IMG/VR virus record: IMGVR_UViG_3300005613_000037
Span: 8,731 to 72,730 of that record
DNA: 64,000 nt
Direction: 5' to 3' (one strand)
From: a virus
Made by a program: the position numbers and the translations under genes. The notes beneath the pieces are model-generated. The model had not been told where the DNA came from. It saw only the letters and a program-made list of their open reading frames with translations, and ran no database searches. This document shows, piece by piece, positions 30,588 through 40,441 of the stretch. Every line of letters starts with the position of its first letter. Position 1 is the stretch's first letter.

Positions 30588-31325
30588 ATTTTTAAGTAAC
30601 TCTATACTTATATCATAAAGTTCCTTATCCAACTCTGATGCAATATAATTTCTATTTGATTTTTTACAAGCTCTAGAAGTCGTTCCGATACCAGAGAATG
30701 GGTCATATATCAATGAATTTGGTTTGAAATAGATATTGATCAGTTTAAGAACCAGATCTTCTGAGTAAGCTGCTTTTAGTTTTGACTTTATTTTATCATT
30801 GTTAGCTGCCTCAATAAAGTTTACATAATGCTTATAGAATTTTTGATTCGTCTTTTCATTTATCTTGGATATTGTTTTATTTGTTTCGAAGTCATGTAAA
30901 TGTTCTTTATTTACTATGATGTAAACCTGTTCACATATTCTGGAAAGTTTCGTCTTTGATGATTGAAAGGGCATTGATGATTTCTTTTTCCAAGTTATCA
31001 TATCTGCCATCGTCAGTCCTGTATTTTTGTGTACTTCAGACATCAAAAGTAAGGGTAATATGGGATTATTGTTGTGATATGATATGTTGTAACAAATAAC
31101 TCCTTTTGGTTTTAATATTCTCTCAAATTCCTTGAATTCTTTCAGTCTTGTCTGTAAGTAGTCTTCTTCGGTCAGATCATCTATATCTGAATAACCATTA
31201 TCATAATAGTTATCTTTTCTTTTTGTAGTGATATTATAAGGCGGGGATGTTATTATACCATCGATTGAATAATCATTGAGTCTTTTCATTGTCTCAATGT
31301 TGTTTTCGTTGAATATTCTGTTCAT
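30576..31325 (-). CDS. DNA N4-C/N6-A methyltransferase (beta class), apparently orphan
   Basis: Catalytic TSPPYN precedes the SAM-binding YDPFSGIGTT motif. Confidence 0.9.
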   Translation of the reverse strand: MNRIFNENNIETMKRLNDYSIDGIITSPPYNITTKRKDNYYDNGYSDIDDLTEEDYLQTRLKEFKEFERILKPKGVICYNISYHNNNPILPLLLMSEVHKNTGLTMADMITWKKKSSMPFQSSKTKLSRICEQVYIIVNKEHLHDFETNKTISKINEKTNQKFYKHYVNFIEAANNDKIKSKLKAAYSEDLVLKLINIYFKPNSLIYDPFSGIGTTSRACKKSNRNYIASELDKELYDISIELLKNENH

Positions 31326-31627
31326 AATATTTTTCTTATTCTTTCCTTTCTTAATAGTGGTTTTATGGCAACAACTAAATCATCACACCATGTATATTTA
31401 ATCCTTGCAAGTTCTGGATTCAGTTCCGAGTTGTTGACCTTTTCACTTTCTTTGAACATATTGATTATTGATATTACATCACTATCATCTTCTCTCCAAT
31501 ATAATTCTCTTATGATCTCTGCTGAATCGGTTATGAACTCGTACACTTTCCTATCTTCGATATACAGAACAAGTAATGTGGTTTTTCCGTGATATTCTTG
31601 ATATGTGGTTGCGTGAATTATTTTCAT
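31322..31627 (-). CDS. Hypothetical protein with C-terminal RKERIRKIL motif
   Basis: 101 aa, coupled between clpP and the methyltransferase. Confidence 0.65.
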   Translation of the reverse strand: MKIIHATTYQEYHGKTTLLVLYIEDRKVYEFITDSAEIIRELYWREDDSDVISIINMFKESEKVNNSELNPELARIKYTWCDDLVVAIKPLLRKERIRKIL

Positions 31628-32235
31628 TTTCTTTTTATCAATATCTCATCGATCATTCCGTATTTCTTCGCCTCTTTTGCATTCATCCAATAGTCCCTGT
31701 CTGAGTCCTGGGAAACCTTATCATACTTTTGTCCTGTCTTTTCTGAGATTATCTCATAAAGTTCTTTTTTCAGCTCATCGATCTGTTTTGCCTCAATTAT
31801 CATATCTGATGCTTGTTGTATCCATCCACCTCCTATTGGTTGGTGTATCATTGTTCTACTTCTTTTCAGTGCTTTTCTTTTACCTTTCGTTCCTGAACAA
31901 AGTAAGACAGCTCCCATAGATGCACAAAGTCCTGTGTTGACAGTGACAATATCACACTTGATGTAATCCATAACATCCACGAGCCCTAATCCGTCATAAA
32001 CTGATCCACCTGGTGAATTTATATACATTGTAATGTCTTCATCTGACTGTGATTCAAGATATAGAAGACTTGCTTTTGCAAATTCACATATATAAGTATC
32101 TATCTCACCACTTATAACAATAATTCTTTCACTGAGTAGGTGATGAAATATATCACTCGGATGGTCATTGTCAATATCTATGAAGGATTTGTTATAAATT
32201 GAAGGTTTTCTATTAATTGATGTATTATTTCTCAT
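31624..32235 (-). CDS. clpP: ATP-dependent Clp protease proteolytic subunit
   Basis: YINSPGGSVYDGL, CASMG (Ser), MIHQP (His), DRDYWMNAKEAKKYGMID (Asp). Confidence 0.95.
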   Translation of the reverse strand: MRNNTSINRKPSIYNKSFIDIDNDHPSDIFHHLLSERIIVISGEIDTYICEFAKASLLYLESQSDEDITMYINSPGGSVYDGLGLVDVMDYIKCDIVTVNTGLCASMGAVLLCSGTKGKRKALKRSRTMIHQPIGGGWIQQASDMIIEAKQIDELKKELYEIISEKTGQKYDKVSQDSDRDYWMNAKEAKKYGMIDEILIKRK

Positions 32236-32278
32236 AATAATTATATTGGAAAGTGTGAATTGGTTTATATATATTTAA

Positions 32279-33205
32279 ATGAATGGATTGGTAATTTCAT
32301 CAGGTGGTTCAAAGGGTGCTTATGCAGGTGGTATTGTGCAGCACCTTATCAGTTCTGGAAAACAATGGGATATTTTCTTTGGATCATCGACCGGATCACT
32401 TATGATACCTTTCATAGCAGCCGGTGACATTGAAGGTCTCAAAAGGTGTTACACCAATATCAACTCAGAAGACATCTACACACATGATCCGTTCATTGTC
32501 AAGCAAAATAGATCTGGCAATTTCAAATACAAGATAAATCATTGGAGTATTGTAAGGAATTTCCTCACGGGAAACACTACATCTTTAGGATCAACTGAAA
32601 AGTTACGAGAACTCATTTCAAATAATTTCACTTTGGATCATTATAATAAGATCATAGATTCTGGCAAAGATTGTAGAATATGTGTTACGAACATAACAAC
32701 AGGGAAATTGGAGATCAAGTCGATACTTGATAACACATATCCTGATTTCTGTGATTGGATATGGGCCTCAACATGTGCACCACCTTTCATGTCCATAGTT
32801 GAGAAACAAGGGTATGAGTATGTTGATGGTGGTGTTATACGCCCTGTTCCTATTCGTGAGTCGATCGAATCAGGTTGTGATCATATTGATGTGATAGTAT
32901 TGAATGAGAAATTCAAAGATCCTCCTATTGAAAAAATAAGAAATGCGCTTCATCTTATTCAAATGACCGCAAGAGCTTTTCTATATAGGAACATTTATGA
33001 TGATATTGATATTCCAAAATTGATGAGAGATGTGAGTATTGACTCACCTATTGATGTTGATATTTATTTCACTCATAGAGAATTGACCAATAATCCACTT
33101 TTATTTGATTCTGACCTTATGACCGGTTGGTGGCAAGAAGGATATTCTAATATGAGTATGGAAAGTTGGAGAATCACTAAAAGATATGCTAAATTGAAAG
33201 AATGA
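32279..33205 (+). CDS. Patatin-like phospholipase
   Basis: SGGSKGAY oxyanion loop, GSSTG nucleophile elbow and YVDGGV catalytic Asp. Confidence 0.9.
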   Translation: MNGLVISSGGSKGAYAGGIVQHLISSGKQWDIFFGSSTGSLMIPFIAAGDIEGLKRCYTNINSEDIYTHDPFIVKQNRSGNFKYKINHWSIVRNFLTGNTTSLGSTEKLRELISNNFTLDHYNKIIDSGKDCRICVTNITTGKLEIKSILDNTYPDFCDWIWASTCAPPFMSIVEKQGYEYVDGGVIRPVPIRESIESGCDHIDVIVLNEKFKDPPIEKIRNALHLIQMTARAFLYRNIYDDIDIPKLMRDVSIDSPIDVDIYFTHRELTNNPLLFDSDLMTGWWQEGYSNMSMESWRITKRYAKLKE

Positions 33206-33256
33206 CAATTTTTCGGATTTTTAATTTAATATATAAAAAAAAATAACAATAAAACT

Positions 33257-33556
33257 ATGAAAACTACAATCGAAATGGAAGGCCTTGAGGTCGTTATCTC
33301 AGCCGATGAAACAAAACTAACTGTATCAGCAATGCGTGATGATGAAGTGGTTGAAGAATTTGAAGTTGAACTTTCAGAAGAAGGTGAAGATTCAGAAGAA
33401 GGTGAAGATCTAAAAGCTTTCGGTGACATGGAAGAAGAAGGTGACTTCGAAGACATGGAAATGCCAGAAGGTGACGATGATGAGGAAGACGATGACGATG
33501 ATGAGGAAGAAGGTCAACTTGAGTCTTTTCAGTCATTCATCAAAAAAAGAAAATAA
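33257..33556 (+). CDS. Highly acidic small protein
   Basis: D/E-dominated C-terminal half ending LESFQSFIKKRK; AATATATA at 33228-33235. Confidence 0.75.
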   Translation: MKTTIEMEGLEVVISADETKLTVSAMRDDEVVEEFEVELSEEGEDSEEGEDLKAFGDMEEEGDFEDMEMPEGDDDEEDDDDDEEEGQLESFQSFIKKRK

Positions 33557-33560
33557 AAAA

Positions 33561-34754
33561 ATGATAACAAAGTACTCAAAATTCTTCGAGTCAGGTAATG
33601 ATCTGTCTCTTTCATACTATGCATTTGACTGGGATGACAATATCCTTTATATGCCTACCGTGATCCATATGGAAATGCGTCAAGGTGACGAATGGGTTCC
33701 AGTTGATGTATCGACCAAAGACTTCGCAGAAAAAAGAAATGATCCTGATTATCGTTTATTAGATCAGAGTCCTGAGTCTGCATTCTCTGAGTTCAGAGAT
33801 AATGGACCTCGTGGTGAATCTGCATTTTTAGAAGATCTGAAATCTGCAATCTCACAGAAGGAATTCGGACCTGCTTGGGATGACTTTGTAGAATGTTTGA
33901 GTGAAGGTGCTTTGTTTGCGATCATAACAGCAAGAGGTCACGAAAGTGGTCCAATGAGAATGGGTGTTGAGTGGTTGATAGATAATGTTCTTACAGAGCA
34001 ACAATTGAATGAAATGTACAACAATCTGTTGAAGTTTGAGTATCTGTTCAAAGATTCATCTGAATCTGAAAGGTTATTGCGTGGAGTTCCAAGTAAGAAT
34101 CCGGTAATAAAGAGATATCTTGATAATTGTGAATTCATTGGTGTTTCATCACCATCAAGGGGTGGTAGTCCATCTAACCCTGAAAAGGCAAAGGAAATTG
34201 CTCTTATCGGTTTCAAGGAAAAAGTGAACCAATTTGCTGAAAGTTTAGGTGTCACTGCAAAAATAGGATTCTCAGATGATGATCCTGGAAATGTAAAACA
34301 CATCGAAGACCTCGTAAAGAATCTACATCACGAAACATTCTCTCATATAAAGGAATTCAATGTAAAGAAAACCACTGGTGGTGATATTGAAAAATTCAGA
34401 AGAACGATCGAATCGAATATAAGTTCTGATGGGACACCCGGTCTTGAAGGTTCTGTGATGAAGTTTACACAATATAACAATATGAAGGACACACTTTTTA
34501 CAGATTCTGAAGACTCAGGTAACACTAGCTTGAAAAGAGGTTCAAAACAACTTGCAAAAATGTCTAAGGAAATCTTAGAAGAAGAGGAAGAATTGGATAT
34601 CAATGAGAAAGTGTCTGAGAAAAATAAAGACATCGAACAGATCAAAAATAAAATTGATAAGATGGATGATAAATTGGCATTTTTGAAACTTCTTGACAAA
34701 TTGATAAAGGAGTATGCTACCAGAACAACTCGTGGTCTTAAACTAAAAAAATAA
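33561..34754 (+). CDS. HAD-superfamily hydrolase with CTS-like N-terminus (MITKYSKFFES)
   Basis: AFDWDDN (motif I), IITARG (motif II) and GFSDDD (motif IV). ATG 33561 preferred over 33423, which overlaps the upstream gene. Confidence 0.75.
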   Translation: MITKYSKFFESGNDLSLSYYAFDWDDNILYMPTVIHMEMRQGDEWVPVDVSTKDFAEKRNDPDYRLLDQSPESAFSEFRDNGPRGESAFLEDLKSAISQKEFGPAWDDFVECLSEGALFAIITARGHESGPMRMGVEWLIDNVLTEQQLNEMYNNLLKFEYLFKDSSESERLLRGVPSKNPVIKRYLDNCEFIGVSSPSRGGSPSNPEKAKEIALIGFKEKVNQFAESLGVTAKIGFSDDDPGNVKHIEDLVKNLHHETFSHIKEFNVKKTTGGDIEKFRRTIESNISSDGTPGLEGSVMKFTQYNNMKDTLFTDSEDSGNTSLKRGSKQLAKMSKEILEEEEELDINEKVSEKNKDIEQIKNKIDKMDDKLAFLKLLDKLIKEYATRTTRGLKLKK

Positions 34755-34763
34755 AAATAACAG

Positions 34764-35585
34764 ATGGAACACTTGAACAAATTTGACAGATTCAATGAGA
34801 AGGAAGAAAAATGGATACAGGATGCCATTAAATCGCCTGGTGCTTTGAGAAAGAAACTAAATAAAGGTAAGGATGAAAAGATCACTATGAAGGATATCAA
34901 TGATAAGATAAAAGAACTTGACAAAAAGGATAAAGATCCAAAGAAAAAAGGTTCTCAACTTTCTAAAAGTGATGCCAAGTTGAAAAAACAATTGGTTCTT
35001 GCCAAGACACTTAAAAAGGTGAAAGAATCTCATTCTGAAACAGATAATTACATGTTCTTTGCAAATTTAGAGAACATATGTTCCATGGTAACAAAAATAT
35101 TAGAGATGGATAAACATGAGATTGATGAAATGTTGACTGAAGGTCACGATTGGGCAACTGATCATATCTCATCTGCGAAAGAATCAATAGGTCATGTACA
35201 TGATTGGTTGATGACACACGACCCAAAGAATGTTGAATATCATCAGGAAGATCCGGATTTTGTTTCAAAGTTCGATGAGTATTCCGAACCGGTATCAGAA
35301 GGTTTTTTCGTTGATAAAAAGAAAATGAAAGAAGATATAAGTCGAGATTACAGAAAGATTGCACAAACCATACGCAATATTGAAGATTCGAAATCAGATT
35401 ATAAACTTAAGCCATATAGGTCAGGTTGGTCAGAATCGGTTAAAAATATGATAAGAAATTTCAAAAGAAAGTGGGACAATAAATTAGAAGATATGGGTGC
35501 TATCGAAGCAGCTCCTATCGAAGCTGATTTAAGGGAAAAGGTAAAACTATTGAATGATCAGATTAAAAAATATGATAAACTTTGA
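34764..35585 (+). CDS. Modular hypothetical protein with CTS-like N-terminus (MEHLNKFDRFNE)
   Basis: WIQDAIKSPGALRKKL basic module, then NYMFFANL...HDWATDHIS; several xxE|S-type sites. Confidence 0.75.
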   Translation: MEHLNKFDRFNEKEEKWIQDAIKSPGALRKKLNKGKDEKITMKDINDKIKELDKKDKDPKKKGSQLSKSDAKLKKQLVLAKTLKKVKESHSETDNYMFFANLENICSMVTKILEMDKHEIDEMLTEGHDWATDHISSAKESIGHVHDWLMTHDPKNVEYHQEDPDFVSKFDEYSEPVSEGFFVDKKKMKEDISRDYRKIAQTIRNIEDSKSDYKLKPYRSGWSESVKNMIRNFKRKWDNKLEDMGAIEAAPIEADLREKVKLLNDQIKKYDKL

Positions 35586-35592
35586 AAAAAAT

Positions 35593-35618
35593 AAAAACCC
35601 ACTTTTGAGTGGGTTTTT
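35593..35618. terminator. Bidirectional Rho-independent terminator
   Basis: aaaaacccact tttg agtgggttttt between convergent stops at 35585 and 35618. Confidence 0.9.
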
Positions 35619-35917
35619 TAGTATTTGAATCTCACATCATTGTCTGATGCAAACATACCAAACTCACCTATATCGATCGGAATATTACCATGTCCATCAC
35701 ATTCAGTGCAATCTTTAATTGTCAAATCCAATGGTAGTAGTTTTCCGTTATCTCTTTCAAGTTTTTTAGGTAAGGTCCCGCCAAAACACCTCTCACATAA
35801 TTTGTTTCCCTCAAATACCATGTGATGTGTGGTTCCTGTTCCGTTACACATAGGACAGTCTGATGCGCCATTATAGCACATCAGACATTTCCTTGATATT
35901 GTTTTTGCGAACATCAT
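35618..35917 (-). CDS. DnaJ-type CxxCxGxG zinc-finger protein
   Basis: CLMCYNG, CPMCNGTG, CERCFGG and CTECDGHG. Confidence 0.75.
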   Translation of the reverse strand: MMFAKTISRKCLMCYNGASDCPMCNGTGTTHHMVFEGNKLCERCFGGTLPKKLERDNGKLLPLDLTIKDCTECDGHGNIPIDIGEFGMFASDNDVRFKY

Positions 35918-36636
35918 ATCAGCATGAACTCATTTATGTCACAACAGATGAACTCACAACCATTGTGAAGGAATTTTTCAGAACGGTGAAAGTGTCCGTA
36001 ATGAAGAGACTTCAATTTGTTGTTCTTCATAATGTCTGTGATGATCTTTGTCATTTGTTGTCTCTCATTTCTCAACTCCTGTGTGAGTGTAGGATCATCT
36101 TGTGCATACTCCATGACAAGATTTCCCAATTGAAGTGGAGGACAAAAATCAGGTGATGTATGACAGACCATTCTATCGATTCCGGTGATAGATTCACAGA
36201 GATCATAGTCGAAATTCACAACTTCATCTTTCCACCATCCAGTGTTTCTTGATTGACGGTATTTTCTATCAATTGAGATTGCACCACCGATAAAAAGATA
36301 GTTTTCTCCATTGAGCATCATAACTTCATAATCACTGACCAATTTGATGTTGGTCAATTGGTCTTTGAAGGATTTGAAGTTGTCTCCATTGAACCATCTT
36401 GGATCATCGTGGTTCCCACGAATAGCAAAAAGAAAGTTGTTATCCATGGCAAGCATCTCATCGACCATTTTAAGAACCTCGAAGTCCTGTTCTGGTGATC
36501 TGAATCCGATACCGAAGTCACCCACTTGTATGTAAAGTGTGTTTCTGATGTCAAATTTTCTCACATGATTTTGAACGACACCCCATCTTCCGTGAATGTC
36601 GCCAAGTGCAATGATATTTTCGAATGTTAAGTTCAT
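35914..36636 (-). CDS. Calcineurin-like metallophosphoesterase
   Basis: GDIHG, VGDFG, RGNHD, GGAISIDR, CHTSP and YGHFH motifs. Confidence 0.9.
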   Translation of the reverse strand: MNLTFENIIALGDIHGRWGVVQNHVRKFDIRNTLYIQVGDFGIGFRSPEQDFEVLKMVDEMLAMDNNFLFAIRGNHDDPRWFNGDNFKSFKDQLTNIKLVSDYEVMMLNGENYLFIGGAISIDRKYRQSRNTGWWKDEVVNFDYDLCESITGIDRMVCHTSPDFCPPLQLGNLVMEYAQDDPTLTQELRNERQQMTKIITDIMKNNKLKSLHYGHFHRSEKFLHNGCEFICCDINEFMLI

Positions 36637-36640
36637 ACTA

Positions 36641-36648
36641 CAAATATA
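36641..36648 (-). promoter_or_regulatory. Bacteroidota-type -7 element TATATTTG (no matching -33 found)
   Basis: Reads TATATTTG-tagt-ATG on the minus strand, the same 4-nt spacing as at 16987. Confidence 0.45.
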
Positions 36649-36672
36649 CTAAAAATTTTCAATATATATTGT

Positions 36673-38526
36673 ATGATCTTAAATTTTAAAAGATTCAATG
36701 AATCAATAAATAAAAATGTGCCTTTTTATCTGTCCAAAGGTCTGAGACAGATCCTTGGTGTCATAAAAGATGAAGGTAATGTTTATGCAAAGGCAATTTT
36801 AGAAAATCATAGTAATGATATTGGATCTGATATCACATTCATCAATGTGACCAAACAGAATGACATTCTCAGTTTCATATCCGATGACCGTGTTATGAGG
36901 TTGTTCAAGACATCCAAGCAGAAAGATTTTGATGATTGGTTTGATAAGGTTTCGAATGATGAAACATCAGATGTATGGATACAGATGAGAAATCCAATAA
37001 AAGTTGGAAAATTTCTTACCAAGTTTGCCTATTTATTGAGTTTAAAGTTGGATGATAGAACACAGGAAAATTTTGTTAATTCCTATAAATCAACATATGA
37101 TATTATCAATGACAATTTCACTGACATTGAAATTGTCAAAGGAGAATCCATGAGAAAATGGTTCTTAGAGTCAAATTTTGAGAGTGATCGAGGGCAATTG
37201 GGTAAATCCTGTATGAGATATGAGAGATGTCAGCCTTATTTTGATATCTATTGTGAAAATCCAGATGTTTGTTCAATGTTGATTCTTCGATCAAAAAAAG
37301 ATTCGAGTAAAATAAGGGGAAGGGTCATTTTGTGGGAGACAAATATGGGAACATTCATGGATAGAATATACACAAATAATGATTCAGATATTGTTCTGCT
37401 CAATCGGTATCGTGATATTAAGAAAATGATAGAGTATCCGAATGATCAATATGTTCAATTGGCTGAGTGTGATTTTGAATTGTATCCTTATCTTGATAAT
37501 TTCAAGTGGCTTGATGTTGATTCGTGTAGGTTATATTATGAAGTGTCAGATGATAGTGATAAAAGAAAGTTACAGAATGCAGATGGCACATACACGGAAA
37601 ATGCAGTTTGGAGTGAATGGGAAGGTGAATATATTGACGAAGATGAGGCGGTATATTGTGAGTATTATGGTCATGTGCTCAGAGAGAATGCAGTTTATTT
37701 GGAATATGACGGATATTGGTACCCGGCAAGTTCAAATGAAGTATGTTTCTCAAATTATTTCGAAGAATATTACCACAAAAATGAATGTGTTTATTCTGAG
37801 TTTTTAGAATCTGATATACCAAGATCCGAATCCATCGAATATTATACATCACCAAATTCAAAACCGGATTTTATTGCAAATGAACTGATATCCTTGCTCA
37901 TACAAGTTGAGTATGACGGTAACGAGTATCGATCAATGATCGAACATTTGATTTTTGATCCGATCGAAAATAGATATAGGTTCAAAGATGAAACTGTTCA
38001 ATTGGGTGATCATAGTGTTTTAATAGGTGAATTTCTTTCTCAAAAGGTAGATCCAATTTCAAAGAGTGAGTTGATAGATAATATCAGATCATCAAAGGTT
38101 AGTGTTGATATTGATAAATTGCTTAAAAATATGTTGAATATTAATACCGGTGAGGATTTTTCAATCATATTGCGGTATTTTCTAAGGGATAGTAACTTAG
38201 GTCAAAGGATCATAAAGAACAGTGAATTTTATGAGGTTTTGAAATTCTTTTTGATACTTCATATCATAATGGGTAAGGATAAAATATCTGATGTTATGTA
38301 TAATCGGGCCACATACTCTTATAAGAGATTCAATCAACTTATTATAGATGATCGGATGGATCCATATCTTAACATGATATCAAAGGAGGTACTTGATATT
38401 CTGTACGATAAGCATGATTGGCGTGTGAAACTGGGATTCAAGTGTTACAAACTGGCACTTCTTGTAAGGAATCATATCATTGATGATCCGATATCAAAGT
38501 TCACATTTGATGAAAAATACAACTAA
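36673..38526 (+). CDS. Conserved phage protein (SCMR...RVILW...MDRIY...YPYLD) with CTS-like N-terminus
   Basis: 617 aa; MILNFKRFNES; aromatic/acidic repeats WSEWEGEYIDEDEAVYCEYY in the middle. Confidence 0.7.
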   Translation: MILNFKRFNESINKNVPFYLSKGLRQILGVIKDEGNVYAKAILENHSNDIGSDITFINVTKQNDILSFISDDRVMRLFKTSKQKDFDDWFDKVSNDETSDVWIQMRNPIKVGKFLTKFAYLLSLKLDDRTQENFVNSYKSTYDIINDNFTDIEIVKGESMRKWFLESNFESDRGQLGKSCMRYERCQPYFDIYCENPDVCSMLILRSKKDSSKIRGRVILWETNMGTFMDRIYTNNDSDIVLLNRYRDIKKMIEYPNDQYVQLAECDFELYPYLDNFKWLDVDSCRLYYEVSDDSDKRKLQNADGTYTENAVWSEWEGEYIDEDEAVYCEYYGHVLRENAVYLEYDGYWYPASSNEVCFSNYFEEYYHKNECVYSEFLESDIPRSESIEYYTSPNSKPDFIANELISLLIQVEYDGNEYRSMIEHLIFDPIENRYRFKDETVQLGDHSVLIGEFLSQKVDPISKSELIDNIRSSKVSVDIDKLLKNMLNINTGEDFSIILRYFLRDSNLGQRIIKNSEFYEVLKFFLILHIIMGKDKISDVMYNRATYSYKRFNQLIIDDRMDPYLNMISKEVLDILYDKHDWRVKLGFKCYKLALLVRNHIIDDPISKFTFDEKYN

Positions 38527-38552
38527 GATGTTCGTTTTTGATAAAACCATCA

Positions 38553-39725
38553 ATGGATACCAATTACATAAAAACTGTCACATCTGATATTCTGAATTCA
38601 AATTTCAAAGAATCGCAGAAGCGTGTTATCAAGGATTACCCCGATCGTATCAATTTTGCCTGTGTCTATTGTGGCGACTCACATAATGTTCATAAGAAGC
38701 GTGGTAATATTTATTTTGATAGATTGTTCTATGTTTGCTTCAATTGTGATAAGAAAACGACATTTGATAAATTTGCAAAGGATTTCAATAAGGTTCTTGA
38801 TCCTGATAAAAAGATGGAGATAATTGAACATCTCAATAATAACCTCACATACAATGATTTTCAGGATGATTTCATAGACACAAAATTCGATGACCTTATT
38901 GATATGAAATCTTTGGAAGATGCGTGTAATGTCAGAAAGGTTTCACCTATATATGACTTTGAACCTATAAAGAAAAATGGTGGTATCTATAAGTATCTTA
39001 CTGGAAGAGGAATACCAGAGGAATTGCATGAGAATATCTATCAGGCAAAATTTTCCAAAGGTGATGAAGGTTATGAACATGTCATTGTGCTTTTGAATCG
39101 AAGAAATGAAAAGGTTCTTGGAATTCAGGTCAGGAACCTCAGGATGGGTAAGAGAAGGTTCTTTACCATATATAATTACGAATCACTTTGTGAGTGGGTA
39201 GGAAAGACAGTTGATGACGAAAGTAAGTTGGTCGTGTATAATAAACTATCTTACTTTTTCAATATACTCAATGTTGATATGTCGCGTGAGATAACATTGT
39301 TTGAAGGATATCTTGATTCGCTTTTTTTCCCAAATTCCATAGGTGTCATTGGTGTGAATACTGATCTCAGGTTCTTGGAATCGAATGATCTATTGCTCAG
39401 ATATTTTTATGATAATGATAGAGCTGGTTTCAAAAAATCGCTGCAGAAGCTGAATTCAGGATATCCAGTATTTCTTTGGATGAAATTATTCGATGATATC
39501 ACTGAGAAAAAGAACAGCCAAGATCCATTTTCACTTTACCAAAGAATATCAAAGGTAAAAGACCTTAATAAGTTGGCTGAACTTGTCAATGATCCATATA
39601 CAAAATTGAATCTCGAAGGTTATTTTTCAAATGATGTTTTTGATAAAAGGTTCATACCTAAGTTGAAGTATGTGAATCGTGGTGATGGTAAAGATTACCA
39701 GAAAAGGTTTGATCAAGAACTTTAA
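38553..39725 (+). CDS. DNA primase (T4 gp61-like)
   Basis: Zn-binding NFACVYCGDS...YVCFNC; TOPRIM LFEGYLDSLF and FYDNDRAG; KDLN. ATG 38553 preferred over TTG 38538. Confidence 0.9.
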   Translation: MDTNYIKTVTSDILNSNFKESQKRVIKDYPDRINFACVYCGDSHNVHKKRGNIYFDRLFYVCFNCDKKTTFDKFAKDFNKVLDPDKKMEIIEHLNNNLTYNDFQDDFIDTKFDDLIDMKSLEDACNVRKVSPIYDFEPIKKNGGIYKYLTGRGIPEELHENIYQAKFSKGDEGYEHVIVLLNRRNEKVLGIQVRNLRMGKRRFFTIYNYESLCEWVGKTVDDESKLVVYNKLSYFFNILNVDMSREITLFEGYLDSLFFPNSIGVIGVNTDLRFLESNDLLLRYFYDNDRAGFKKSLQKLNSGYPVFLWMKLFDDITEKKNSQDPFSLYQRISKVKDLNKLAELVNDPYTKLNLEGYFSNDVFDKRFIPKLKYVNRGDGKDYQKRFDQEL

Positions 39726-40189
39726 ATGAAAATGAATTTTTCATCTGTTTGTTTTTTTGTTCTATAATACTCCATGAAGTCCATGTTACCTCTTTCATTA
39801 TTGCAATCGAAGCAGGTAGCTACAAGGTTGACCTGACAATTATTACCACCATCTGATATAGGATGTATGTGGTCAGCAGTTGCGTTTTCCTCATTAAGGT
39901 CGCACTCACAATAGATGCATTTCGGTGAGATTTTTGTTTTTATGTGTTCTTTTGCAAATCCAGTTGTTCTTCTCTTCACATTTTTCCCATTCCATTTGAG
40001 ACCGACCACAACGAAGTTTCTGAGGTTTTTATATTTTTTTCTGAATATTCGAGTTGGTATGTAGTTCTTATTGAAGAACATCACAAGTGTTATGAGAATA
40101 TTGTATTTTTTCCAAACATCAAATGGAACTGATATGAAATGTTGGTGTTTTTGTCTTGATAACTTTATCAATAGTTTTAATATGTTCAT
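39722..40189 (-). CDS. HNH endonuclease
   Basis: CIYC...ADHIHPISDGGNNCQVNLVATCFDCNNERGN. Confidence 0.9.
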   Translation of the reverse strand: MNILKLLIKLSRQKHQHFISVPFDVWKKYNILITLVMFFNKNYIPTRIFRKKYKNLRNFVVVGLKWNGKNVKRRTTGFAKEHIKTKISPKCIYCECDLNEENATADHIHPISDGGNNCQVNLVATCFDCNNERGNMDFMEYYRTKKQTDEKFIFI

Positions 40190-40437
40190 ATAAAATCTCT
40201 GAAATTTTTCAGATATGATTCATTTTTAACTTTTGATCGGTTTCTTGATAGGAATTCAACTACTTGATTTGGTTCATTGAATCTTTTTTCTTTATTCGTG
40301 TTCATATCTTTTACATGTAGCTGTCCGGTCTCTGAGAAGAATTCTATCTCATAGTTCTCATAGATGATTTTATTATCTGAGATTTCTTTTGACAGAAGAT
40401 CTGACAACTCTTTTATTTTTACTTCACCTATATACAT
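40186..40437 (-). CDS. Small hypothetical protein with C-terminal ESYLKNFRDFI
   Basis: ATG 40437 preferred; the longer start overlaps the upstream gene by more than 100 nt. Confidence 0.6.
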   Translation of the reverse strand: MYIGEVKIKELSDLLSKEISDNKIIYENYEIEFFSETGQLHVKDMNTNKEKRFNEPNQVVEFLSRNRSKVKNESYLKNFRDFI

Positions 40438-40441
40438 TTGT

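Noticed and set aside
16999-33205. CBASS system (nucleotidyltransferase plus patatin)
   Set aside because: The genes are about 15 kb apart under different promoter classes; the NTase is only 200 aa and lacks recognisable CD-NTase features.
30576-40189. Restriction-modification pair (MTase plus HNH)
   Set aside because: Not linked; the MTase sits in the clpP operon and is best read as an orphan protective methylase.
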